DNA of 62,372 nucleotides from the NCBI GenBank assembly GCA_022813965.1, contig JALDZS010000061.1:62001-124372 (forward strand). The letters run 5' to 3'. The position numbers were made by a program, and so were the translations under genes. Source of the DNA: Toensbergia leucococca. Its lineage: Eukaryota. Numbering within the stretch: the stretch's first letter is position 1; each line of letters begins with the position of its first letter. This document shows, piece by piece, positions 38,770 through 51,165 of this stretch. Below the pieces are notes generated by a model. That model had not been told where the DNA came from, searched no databases, and saw only the letters and a program-made list of their open reading frames with translations.

Positions 38770-38909
38770 CTTATGATAATCTATTGATGTGACAAATCTA
38801 TTGATGTGACACTAAATTCCTTTCAGCTAGTGAGTTATATTTTTGATCATAAGTTTACAGACATGCTAGCTGAATGTGATTTAGTGTCACATTGATAGAT
38901 TATCATGAG
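38770..38909. mobile_element. 140-bp MITE-like hairpin with ~45-bp TIRs and TA flanks
   Basis: Left CTTATGATAATCTATTGATGTGAC..ACTAAATTCCTTTCAGCTAG matches the reverse complement of right CTAGCTGAATGTGATTTAGTGTCACATTGATAGATTATCATGAG. TA on both sides; 17-bp tandem duplication in the left arm. Confidence 0.7.
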
Positions 38910-40060
38910 TAACATCAATCACAAATTATTACAGATTATTAATCTATAAATTTGTGACATAGTTGTCTAAAATCAATTAATATAATGTATAACATCTCAA
39001 GGACTTTATTTCTAACAAATGCATTCATAAATGAAAATTTTCCTCTTATAAGAGTATAATAAAACTCTCATCTAACTTCATAAATAACTAATCTCAGAAA
39101 ACAACTCTCACACACTTCTTACACCTATAAGTACTTATAAAAAAACAATCTCTCAGCAATAACTCTTCTCTATACAGTTTATAAAATAAAAGCAGCAAAT
39201 CTGCAGTAAATCACTACAAATGAGTGCAAAATAGACTGAACAATTTCTATTGCAAGTTTACAATAAGGGGTTGTGCACTAAGTCATCATGAATACAGCTC
39301 ATAATATTAAGGGCTTCAAGAAAAAAATAATATCATGTTTTAACATGAAAAGAGAGGGGTTTAGTTTTGAGTTACAATTCAGGGTGAGTGACAAACCTCA
39401 GAGAAGAAGAGATTGTCATTATCTTATCCTTGTAGAACTCAGAACTGATGGAGTAGAGGGTGATTATTGAACCTCACATTCACAAGGAAAGTGAGTAGTT
39501 TTAACGTCATTCTGAGACTATTGAGAATGTTTAAACTTGCTAACTGAGGTGAAGATCTTTTGGGTTCTGCTGAATACTGCAAGTAGTGAAAATGCAGGTT
39601 CATAGCAGGCAGCACAGACAGCTGAATCTCATCATCAGGTTAGGGAGAGAGAGATCAACGGGGGATGTAAGCTAGGGAAAGGCTGACGCGATAGAAGATA
39701 GGGAGGCAGAGGGAAAAGATGAAAAAGGGGGGGGATTCCAACTTTCTCTAATTTGTAGAAACGAAACGGAGGGAGTGCATCAGAATGAGTTGAGTTCACA
39801 CAAACAAATGTTTCATTTTTGGCAAGCGATAGAGTTCATTGTATTCGTCTTCTACCCTCTTCTTCCCCTAGATAATTCTCGCTTAATGATTAGTATCTTC
39901 CACCATGTCGGATTGCTAGGGATGTCGCTCGGTAAATATCGGTGAATTCTGCCTTTTGTTGTTGCGCTTCGTTTAAGGCGTGATGGGGTGCGGAGTTATC
40001 GGATTTGTTGTATACCGTTGAGCCTGTGAGTATGTGCTCGGGGTCTTATGATTGGCTGAT

Positions 40061-41612
40061 TTAGTACCAGTATCTATTTCTCTCAAAGGAATCTCTGTCT
40101 GCTATCCAAAGTATATCCCGTTCGTGCATTCGAGGTGCTATGCGGCTGAATTGCCTCACCATCTTCCCTGAATCAATTTCCTGAGCGTGGTGTGACGCCG
40201 GGACGTCGAGGTGGAGAAGAGCTAGGGATGGAAACATGTTTGGAATGCTGTGGAGGAAAAATTCGTCGTAGGAAACGTCTGCGAATAGGTAGCAGCGTGC
40301 CAGGCACTTGCAGTGAGCGCCAAGCGACAGCAAAGACACCTCGGTAAGAGCAGCGCCCCTCAGGCTTAGGCGCAGTCTTTCGAGCTTCGGAAGGTGGCGG
40401 GCCACACGGGTTATGGTTGTATCTGTAATACCATCGGCGGATGGAATCTCAATGCCGCGATACATACCGCCGGATGGAAGCTCAAGACATTCAAGCCCGT
40501 TGCAATTTTCCGCAAGCAGTGATAAGTCAGCCCCTCGTATGACCATACCAGACCTAAAATTAAGCCTGAGAGAGCGGAGACCAGGAAAAGACACAGCAAT
40601 CATTGCTAACATCCGGGATGATCGTTCAAGAGAGTGCAATTTCAGCACAGCTACATTTTTGATATAGGGTAGAAGTCTCTCTAGCCCAGGATCAGACAGA
40701 CTTGTGGAAAGCTTCCAAAGAGTTGAGAATAGCGTTATCTGTGAGCTGCTTATGAGGTCTTGTATCCAACCGTCAGGAATGGTGGGTATCTTCAGTTCAA
40801 TCAAGGACTGAATTCTAAGAAGACTCATGAGAATTTTGTACGACCAGAGTAGATGAAAGCCGGAGGGCTGGTGCCGGTTGGGGAGCATTGTGAGTTTTGA
40901 GAGAGATGGCATAGCGGACAAGAACCTTGTGAGACCATGTTCCGTGACTTTTTCATGCTCGTGCCACAAATGAAAATGAATCACGAGCGTACTAAGGGCG
41001 GGGCAGCGAACCTTTGCCAGCATATCAGCTTTGAGTGACCTTTCACCTAGCCATAAAGCGTTTGATCAGAGTGACATACTTTCAAGGCGGAGAAAAACTC
41101 ATCTGAGAGAACGGCTTGGTAGATTTTGAGAGATGTCAGGCTAGGCTGTAGGCTATTCATTAGTAATAATGAGCTGGATTTGTATTTGATGGCACGCCAA
41201 AGGGGACCTTGTGAGTAAATGCTGACAAGGCGTGGGAGACTTGCTTCCCTCAAGAGAAGATGACGTTGGGCTCTATCTTCACGTCTAGACCTGAGATTAT
41301 ATGCCGGAGGCTGAAATTCATAGTCAACTGGAGAGAACTTCAAGGAGCGGATGTATCTGGCGTACCACTGGAAGCGGTCCGGCTTCCCTACGAAGGCTTG
41401 CAAGTGTCGGATGCGTGGGGAGCGTGTTCCATAGCCAAACCTTTCCCATAGAAACTTGACAGCTTCCTCAGCCCATAGTTTGTTGAGCCGAACACACACG
41501 CGGCAAGGCTTGCAGTGTCATTTCGAAGGAAATTGAGTATCATAGAAACAAGCTCTGGGATCATTAGGGCGTGAGCAGCAGCGGAAGATTGAGTGGTCGA
41601 TGTTCTTGCCAT
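40061..41612 (-). pseudogene. F-box / RNI-like LRR protein gene with a frameshift
   Basis: F-box ALMIPELVSMILNFL..SLAAC/VRLNKLWAEEAVKFLW is broken at GCGTGTGTGTTCGG (~41500). Intron ~41080-41012 joins FFSALK to VRCPALSTL; LRR-like repeats follow. Confidence 0.65.
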
Positions 41613-42449
41613 GCTGGCCGTTGGACACGGAGTCTTTCCTTGAGGCTCCCTTCCTGACGATGCCCGATCTGCAGATGATAAATGCTCCAGTCACAATGCG
41701 TGAGCACGTTGATCTTGGATGTCAAGCTCTCATATAAGTCAAATGACAAACTTTGATTGAGGATAGCTCCGGTTCTGGGTCTTCGTTGTGAAAGCTTCTG
41801 TCGTAGGTAGACTGCAGCTGTTGACTAACACGTATATTGGGAGACTTTAAGGGATCAAACTCGTACTTGCAAACGAGGTGTCAAGGTGTCAATTAGCAGA
41901 GAGAATGAACATGACAATCATCTTCAAAAGCATCCAGCCTCTATCTATCTCCTTAACGGGTTTCTGTAACTTAACCAAGTCATACAAAACTGTGACTGTA
42001 GGATGTTGGCAGAAGATTGGTAAAGAAGGTGCAGAATGCTTTTGGGATGCAGTGAGGTGGCGAATGAAAGTACGTTACTCTGCCCGCCTTATCAGACGAG
42101 GCTTGGAATCATTGCTTGTTTCTAGGACAGAGGCTGGTAGGAAATTGGCCGAAGTACGGATGGTAAACTTGGTTCATATTCAACTCTAGTTGGTGATGCA
42201 GTGGTGCAGGAGATTAACGATTTCAATGCAAACAGGCTAAACAGTAGAATAAATGTCATCCTATTCTACTAGCCGTACACTAACATAGCTGCAGCCTCGA
42301 TAAATCATTGAACGTACCTAGCTAGGAGGTAGGGTAAAATACGGATACCTTGCTACTCGTACCCTTACTGAAATGGCCACGGCATGAGGACCAAAGGAGC
42401 TCGCAATCGACTACGAAATCCTCCTTGATAAACCCATGAAGCCTCCACC

Positions 42450-43686
42450 ATGTCATACTTCTTCTCCACCCCCGTCGACATCGACATTGTCCTGGAGGAT
42501 ACCGATGAAAAGCAGATGGTTGATATGAAGCTGGACAAGAACCGAAGAGAGAAAGCCCTGTTATATATGGATGGGGAATCTGTGAAGGGCGCCGTGACCA
42601 TACGGCCCAAAGATGGCAAGAGGCTGGAGCACACGGGCATCAAGGTGCAATTCATTGGCACCATTGGTTTGCACAAATGCTAGCTGATTTGGAAATGCAC
42701 ACATGACTGACGCCTTGGAAAACCGCAGAGATGTTCTTTGATAGAGGCAATCACTACGAATTTCTCTCCCTTGGCCAGGAACTAGCTGCTCCAGGCGATC
42801 TCCAGCATCCACAGACCTTCGACTTCAATTTCAAGAACGTCGAGAAGCAATACGAATCCTACAACGGCATCAACGTCAAGTTACGCTATTTTGTTCGCGT
42901 CACTGTATCACGGCGAATGGCCGACGTGATAAGAGAAAAGGACATCTGGGTGTACTCGTATCGCATACCGCCAGAAACAAACAGTTCGATTAAGATGGAT
43001 GTGGGCATTGAAGATTGCCTGCACATCGAATTCGAATACTCAAAGTCGAAATACCACCTCAAGGATGTTATAGTAGGGAGAATATACTTTCTGTTGGTAC
43101 GCTTAAAGATCAAGCATATGGAGCTGTCCATCATACGGCGGGAGACAACTGGCGCGGCGCCCAACCAATACAACGAGAGTGAGACATTGGTACGATTTGA
43201 AGTGAGTGCTATATCTGACTTGAACGCAAAGCTGTTTGTTAACATCAAACAGATCATGGATGGTTCACCTTCAAGAGGTTCGCTGCTCTACATGACATAT
43301 TCTAAACTATGCAACCAGACAACTTACACTTCACCCCCAGGCGAAACCATCCCCATCCGATTATTCCTCGGCGGCTTCGACCTCACCCCCACATTCCGCG
43401 AAGTCAACAAGAAATACTCAACCCGCTACTACCTAAGCCTAGTTCTAATTGACGAAGGTAAATTCGTCTAGAGATATTTTCACCAAAACTCCCTTATCTC
43501 TGCCTTGTAACCAAGATACACCCCCAACTGACCAATCCCCCCACAGACGCACGCCGCTACTTCAAACAATCCGAAATCGTCCTCTTCCGCCAAGCCCCCG
43601 ACATAGCCGCCGCCCAACAACTGCAAGCCCAAGCCCACCCCCAGCAAATCACCGCAGCCGCTGGTACGCGCAAGTCAGAAAATTAG
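42450..43686 (+). CDS. VPS26: Retromer subunit Vps26/Pep8
   Basis: GKRLEHTGIKVQFIG, EKQYESYNGINV, IKMDVGIEDCLHIEFEY, IMDGSPSRGETIPIRLFL, RRYFKQSEI; four GT-AG introns. Confidence 0.97.
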
Positions 43687-46681
43687 ACTCTCTCCAAGAA
43701 AGCGAGGAGGGTGTGTTGTATATCCCACGTTGAGGCGTTTTTATTTGTGGCATTATGTTGTGTTGATGTTTGTTTTTTCCTGGCTTCTTCTGCTGGGGTT
43801 TGACTAGTAGGTCTTTCTAGATGGCTGAGGAGAAGAGTCGGCTGGGCAACGAGATCTAGATGGCTAGGGAGGGGACTAGAATCTATGGATGGGAGCGTCT
43901 GAGTGGGTTCTCCTCTGGGTGGGCAGGCGATGCATTTGGGCGACAAGTAGCAAGGTGGATGAATGGATGGATTGGTGGCCGATGTTAGAAACTACACTTT
44001 CTTGCATCCGCAAAAGAATCCTCTTCCTTGGCCGCCTTGTTCGTCGGCTCAACTCACTTGATCCATTTCCCTAAATATATCCTTCAGGAATTCATTTTCG
44101 AACCATAAGCCCCGACTCGGTATTCATCTCTCATGACATACCCATAGAATGTCGAGGAGGAAGTGGTATGCGAGGTGCATCAAGTTGAAACAGTGTATAG
44201 AGAAACCAATGCTACAAGTCTCCTGGGAGGCTTTGTGTACTCTCGAGTCTGAAATCGATTCTATCTTTAATGTTCACACCAGTATACATATACAAGCAAA
44301 CGCCAATAAGTGCCACCAATAAACCCCACCTCACAGGGGTATCTGTGATAATCAGTATGGTGATAGCAGGAGCATCTAAGCCAGATGGGTCAACTCTCTA
44401 CACCTAGGCGTGCCGAGCCATGCCAATGCGATAGACCCAATCCGTCATGGCATTGGGGTGTATAGCAATCTGTGACAAACTTCGTTACGTGATGCATTGA
44501 CCGATCGGTTCTGTCGTCCCGGCAGGGCTGGATCGCCTATGTATGAGGAAACTCGCCCACCTAGCTTAGATTCTCCATCCTTCACCATACATGTTATCAG
44601 AGATATCACCTCATTCGTAGTTTAATTCCCAGCACCACCTCATAATTGTAGAAAGCAAGAAAACGAGAGGAAGAAACTTCGAGGTCTACAAAGTCCCAAC
44701 TAAATTAGCGACCATGGCCTCTGAATAACTAAAATATGCAGAAAGAGGGTTTGTAGGAATGATTGGTATGTGTCGATTCAGTTCTCCAAAGTGAAATATA
44801 TGTATCTTCAACGAAATGTTCTTTCTCTGAAAGAACACAGCAAATGTTTGAGCTCATCAGGTGTATAAAAGACTCTTCTGAAACGGTGTCAAGAGAGTGT
44901 CTGAAGACTTACTTCTAAGATCCCTTATCACAGGTTCTTGTTTCTGCGTTGGGAAGGCCTATGCTCGCAACCCACCCATTGAGTTAGCCGACTGTCATTC
45001 TCGAACTAATTTGCTCGAGAATAACGTTGATGCGAAAACTCTATGAATCAGGCTGTTCCATAGTCAGTGAGAATATCTCAGGTAGACAGGTGATGAGGGG
45101 AAGAGACATACCTCATTAAATCAGAATTTTCAGTGTAGTGTACGTTCATCGCTGGAGGGTGCCCTCGTTACAAGGCGGGTTCCAGTTCAAACAGTGTGAA
45201 TAGTGATCATCATATCAAGAGAAAGACGTCTTTGACAAGGAGGAGGGGAATAGTGTACCTTTACAATAGATTTCCATGCGATGGTCTGACTTACGTCGAG
45301 GTATTCCCTCGCATGATTGGCTTATTGCCAATTCAGAAGATTCGCGCATGCAGGTATTGTGTGGGCTGAAATTAGAATCTGCGGACTCAATTATTTCGCC
45401 GAGGGCCATCGAAGTTTCCCAAAGATCATGTCCGTCTAAGTAAAGTTCTATGTGGTGGCTAGATAGACCGGGCATCCTCATGTATAGATAATATAGAGTG
45501 GTCTCCATAGGGAGAGGTTCTGGTTACCGAAGCCATCTCCATGAAGAGGTCACATAGCTATGGAGAGAGATGTCAGTGACAGTTTTCACATCACTTTTGT
45601 ATGCAGAAGTAAATCGAATGGCTTGTTGCAACGATCAGCTGACGAATTTCTCAACAATTACATCTTCCCTCTGACCTCGACCAAGGTTTGTACGCCTTAG
45701 CTTTGTTAGATGCCAGCAGAGGACGCAGTCTGACCGCCCATCGTCGTTCAAAGTTCTTCATGTATGCAGCGTTGAAACAGGTTGCGAGGGATAGGAGAAT
45801 TACCTGCTATGGATAGCACGAGGTTAGCTGCTGAAACCATGATAGAGAGCAAGAAGAGGATGTGATTAATTCTGGGGTCAGACAAGGCTGAAACTTTGTA
45901 GAGACAGAATCGACATTGATTGTTCAGATTGAGGAATGCCTTTCCGTGTCATGTAGTCATCACATATAGGGATCAAGAGCAGTAGCGCTGAGCAAAGAGT
46001 CCATACCTCTACTGAACACGGCGCTGGGCACTTTACGTGCTTCATTTTACTCTATCTTGAGATATCGTCAGCGAATTGTGGTCCTGCAATGCATGTCAAA
46101 TGGATAGATGTCGTAGGAGGAGCATCAGAGTGTAACAATTTTAAAGTTAGAAGTGTTCCTGCATGATTACATAGGAGTTGGACTGTTCGTGAAAAAGGCT
46201 CATCATTTGAAGCAGAGGACAGATTTTGTGATCGACTTACATGAGAAATGGCTTGTAATTGACAAGAGGAAAGAAAATCGGAAAGTGTGACTCGAGATTG
46301 AGTGGGCTTATGTAAGCGTTTTAGCGGCGAGCGGAAAGTGAAGTCACATGGATGGTCCATGCTCCATTTTAAGCCTTATTTCCCCATCATACTCGTAGGA
46401 CCGGCAATGACTTCTGTTCCCCCTGGACCAAATCCCCTTGGTACCTGGTTTGAATATTAATGAGACGATAAGGGTCGGGCATCTTTCTCTTGAATATCCT
46501 TGTAGCCTTAAGTTCCCTATCCATGCCGAGATCTTCTGAGATTTCTCTAGTGGACCATCCAAAATACCATGATAAACACCTTAGGAGATGTTTAGGCATA
46601 CCTATAGATCATGCCGTCTGCCCAAGCCTGAGCATCGCCGGCTCATTCCCTGTCACCTTTCAAATCACCACGAGCCCCCCA

Positions 46682-47389
46682 TCAATCAATACTCAAATTC
46701 CACAGCCCATCCCCCAAAAAATGCCCCCCGTCCATGACCACCCCCTTTTTCTTCTCCCGAATCTCCTCCGTCCCCATCCTCAACTGCCCCACCAAACACG
46801 CCTCCTCCTTCCCCTCAGCCTCAATGACCACCACCTCTCCCTCCTCCAGCTTACCCTCTGCCTCTGGCAATCTCCCCCCAGTAGAAGTCAATCCTGGCGC
46901 CATAAGCGTAGCCCCCGACAACACAAACCGTATTGCCCCGCGATCAATACCTATCCGCGAAAAGCATGTCGGGAAAGCGTGCACGACTCGTAGATGCGGT
47001 ATGAGGGGATCATCCATGTGCTGCCAGAACAAAGGCTCGTTTCCCAAGGCGTAGAGAGAGACTCGATCGGGCCTTATCTTGCGTGGTCAGCAAGTCAGGC
47101 GGGCGAGGTGGATGCGGGTTGGCATTTTTGAGGTGGAAGAGCGGGCTCACAGCTTTAGTAGGTCGAGCTGGGATTTCTTGGGGATGATTTCGTCAATGTG
47201 CGGGGCGAGGAGGGGGTATGTCTCTGCGATTTTGGTGCGGATGGCACGTTGCACCGAGGATTTGACTTTAGATTTCGAGCCAGGTGTCATTCTGTAGACA
47301 GGATCAGTCATTTTCGATGAGGGAGGAGTGGACTCCGGGTAGTAAGAATTTCGGGAGCGCCATGCAAGTACTGACTCTTTCTTGAACAT
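46682..47389 (-). CDS. TMA20: Translation machinery-associated protein Tma20/MCT-1 (PUA domain)
   Basis: MFKKE / KSKVKSSVQRAIR / PHLRVVH..IDRGAIRFVLSGATLMAPGLTS..HFLGDGLW; two introns. Confidence 0.95.
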
Positions 47390-48902
47390 TGTGGAAGGCG
47401 TAAGAGGAAGGACAGGATGTTACCACTGTGCTTTGGTAAATATTAAGTTGTTTATGGATGCTTGAAAGCAGTAAGGTAGGTACGTACCTAGGCAGGTATG
47501 CTAAATTACAAGAATTAATTCTCGCTTCCGGGGTAAGATTAGGGCACGGAAGTCACGTGCTTACTACGAGTAGGTAGGTTGGATATATGGTTTTCCCGTA
47601 CAAAGAGCATAAGGCACGTATTTATTTCTACCTCCAAGTTGACCCTGAAAGACATGCATGCTGCCAATTCGAGCTTAATCCCATTTTACGTCAAACATCA
47701 CTAATGCCCTTTCCCTTGTACCCAGGGAAACCGACGGTTTCGGCGAAGCCTATTCGGAAACTGCTCTGCCTCCTGCCTCCCTTGCAATATCGGGATCGGG
47801 TAATATCGACCATGGCTGAAATATGCAACAGTGATTTTTGTCAAATGGCGCACATTGTTCTCCCTAATCTCGACCAACCGTTTTTGAAACCGCCTACCGA
47901 ACAGTTGTAGTAGACGGTCAGAAAAGAGCACTATCACCAAAGTCCGAACACCTAGCATGTTGATGTGATATGCATCAATCTTCGAAAAAGACCAAGACTG
48001 AACAGCGAGTAATCTCCTTCGACTCGAAATATGAGATGACTCAGGTGATCCTTGATGATAGCCCGATCTGAAAGAACAGCTAGACACGATACCGGATGAC
48101 TATTTGGGGGTAAAGGTATCTTTAGGCTCTGAGACCACCATTGCGCTGATTTTTCTTGTAAGAGCTATAGTATCAAACGAGTCACTATCAGAATCCCTAA
48201 GGCGTGATGTTGTGTGGAACGTAAGGGCCAAATTTTGAACTCTGAAGCAGTGGAGGATTCCAAGTGGACTGAACAGAAACGATTTTCTTCGTACAGAACT
48301 TTTGATCCAATATCCCTAAATCGAGAAGATGGTCATGTTCAACGAAGGGACCCCACGTTGTGGTGGTCCTGTAGGATTCCTTCCTACTGGTATGTCTTGG
48401 TCGCATAGTAGTAAATTTCGGAGGACTTGGGATATGAGTTCTGTCGGAAGGCAACTGAGATTCGAATTGCCCGTCATCGTCAGTAATGAGTTGAAGCCTC
48501 TTCTGAGTGCTTACCTATGCCAATTATCATCTCCTGACTGGCCTATGGAGAGTGGATCGTCATGTCCATTTTGACCTTGATTATCCAGTATGTTCTGTGG
48601 TGGGGAGAGTGAATAATGGATGTGAGGCCAATGTACAACATCAAATCTCTGACATTACACCGACACCAAGAGCGTCAAAGGAAACCTCCGGGAGACTTCC
48701 CTTGTTACGAGTGAGCTCCACAGAAGGTTTTTTTTCGAAAATCAGTTGATAATCTAGGTTTCATCGTTGCTTCAGTAGTAAAGCACAGACGGATATCTTT
48801 CACTTCGTTCAAGGAAAAATTTTCAAAGAAATCTCATCCATCTTAGAGTATCAGTTCTCTAAAAACTTACAAGCATAACAACCGCTTGAACGCGTGAAAT
48901 AT

Positions 48903-50160
48903 TCAGGTTGACCCTCCTCTACCCGCACCTCCACCTCCACCCATCATGTTTCTAGCCCTGCACCACATAAGCAATAACCCGGATTATCATTGTTGAGGGT
49001 CAGAACTCACATTTCTGCAATGCTCGGATCTTGCATGAGTGAAGCAATATCCGGCATACCTCCACCCCCGCCGCCACCTCCACTACCTCGACCCTCTCCA
49101 CCACCGCCACCTCCTCCTCCAGCACCAAAGCTCTCCGCCATCTGCCTTAACCTCGGGTTGCTCATAATGTTGTTCATCATGTCTGGGTTACTCATCAAGT
49201 TTTGGGCCATGCTCGCGAACATTGGGTTGCTCATGATGGAGCTTAGATCTGGTCCACCTCCACCACCTCGCCCTCCTCCTAGCATGCCTGCCAAAGCGGA
49301 TAGATCGGGCATACCTCCCGCACTGCTGGCTCCTGCACCTCTTGCACTACCAACGTCATCCATATCCTCATCCGCTCCAGCACCCTCGCCTTCTCCTTCC
49401 ACCTTTTTCTTAGCCGTCTCAAACCCCTTCTTCATTGCATCGCTTCCTCCACTTCCCTCGTACTCAATTCCTTTGCCGTAAGCCTCCATACTCCCTTTTG
49501 CGTCCCCTAGAGCAAATCTCGCCAATCCAAGCCGGCTCCACGCCTTTGTATACTTTGGATCAGCCGCTACTGCCATCTCCGCATCCGTTTGGGCCTCTGC
49601 ATGTTTATGCGAAGCCGAGTAGGCGGCGGCACGATTGGAGAGATAGATCGGATTGAGTGGTGTGATTGATATGGCCTTGCTGTAGGAATCTATTGCCAAT
49701 TTGTAGTCCTTTGATGCCATAGCCGAGTTCCCTTTACTCTTGAAGGCCTCGGCCTCAGCATTCGAGGCGCCCGGCTGCGGGGTTGAGGCGCCACCTTTTG
49801 GTACGCTGGGTGTACTGGGACGTCCTTCGCTGGCACTGCTAGATCCTGTAGTGCTGGCTGTAGATTTGCCTTTGAGCTTCTCGTACACACCGTAGATGCT
49901 AAGGAGGGATTGACCACCGATAGCGTCTTGCATGGCGGCCTTGTTCGAAGGATCGACGTCGAAAGTATCGGCGATGCATGATTGGGCTACTTCGATTGTT
50001 TCAGCATCTTCGGGGACGAGGGTACCGTCTTTGAGGGAATTTGAAAGGAAGTCTATTATTGCAAGGGCTAGGCGCTTTTTCGAATCTGGAGTTGATGCCT
50101 TGGGGAGACATTATCAGCAGTGGAACGAAGCGCCATAGCTTTAGTTTGTGGACCCACCAT
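48903..50160 (-). CDS. SGT2: SGT2/SGTA TPR co-chaperone
   Basis: ATG-only first exon, N-terminal dimerisation KRLALAIIDFL..IEVAQSCI, TPR AEAFKSKGN..YLSNRAAAY..YTKAWSRLG, Met-rich STI1-like C-terminus, last intron ~49010-48959. Confidence 0.95.
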
Positions 50161-50299
50161 GACGGCGACAGCTAGATTCTGATAGATGTACTCTTAAGTG
50201 TAGTTGGAGATGGTTGTAAGAGGATTTGAGAGCTTTGTGTAATTGTGTTGTTCATCAATCGAGGAATGATCCTCACCTCGCTTGTCAACTTGCTCTTTT

Positions 50300-51060
50300 T
50301 GGCATGAGAGGAAGACAGAAATCTGCCTACAGGGCACTACTTTATTAAGATCTATCAAGCATCATGTTGCATCTTTAATCATGAACTCACTGATGACAGT
50401 GCTCATTTGACACTATGCTGATTAATCACTACATTATTTAAGTGAGACTCTCACTCAGTTCACTTCACAGCTTGTTCATCAATTTTTCATGACGTCACTC
50501 AGACAGTGAGTGTCTATGATCAAGAAAGAACTTTCATCATGAGAATCACTCACTACCTGCACTAAGGAGGCAGTCAGAAACTAAACTCAATCAATCTTTT
50601 TCACATCACATCACTATTTTATTGAGTGAACCTCACTCAGTTCACACCTTCAAACCTGACTGTTATCAAATACTCATACCTCTCACTTCATTCACTTTAT
50701 TCACCGCAACTCACCCTCAACAAACATCCTGTCTCTCTCTCTCACAACTTAGTCAGAAAAAACTCCTAGTGTTAAGCTGAGCCTGAGTTGACTGAGACCA
50801 TATGAACTTATTGCATAATGTTTTCTATGTATGTTGACTATACATTCAATAGAAGAGGTTACTTCTGTAAAAAAAAAGTTGACCCTTTTCAAAACGCCCT
50901 CAAAATAATTAAAAAAAAATTGTTTTCTTACAAAAAATAGTGTTGCAGATGAGGAATCATTTCCGAGTGAAGTCAATGGTTGATCTTTAATTTGCATCAA
51001 TTTCATCTAAAAAGTTTGAAAAGGGGGTGTGTGTTTTTCACATCTATTCTGTAAAAAAGA
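50300..51060. mobile_element. AT-rich hypermutated repeat relic
   Basis: CpG nearly absent, TCA/TGA-rich, no credible ORF; sits between SGT2 and the permease. Confidence 0.5.
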
Positions 51061-51165
51061 AATGCCCACAACACCTCGAGGAAGACTACATATCATGACT
51101 TTCTCAAAAGCTTACCCTACGTGAGCCGACGAAAACGTGTTACAACCCCCCAAGTCCCACTTACC

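Larger units (their letters stand above)
38100..39700. mobile_element. Very AT-rich hypermutated transposon relic
   Basis: Almost no CpG, no credible ORF, nested hairpin element and microsatellite; flanked by poly-C/poly-G tracts. Confidence 0.6.

Noticed and set aside
38175..39776. Stowaway/mariner-like TIR pair (GAAACGGAGGGAG at ~39763)
   Set aside because: The left candidate ACTCCCTTTCCC matches only ~7 nt and there is no TA duplication.
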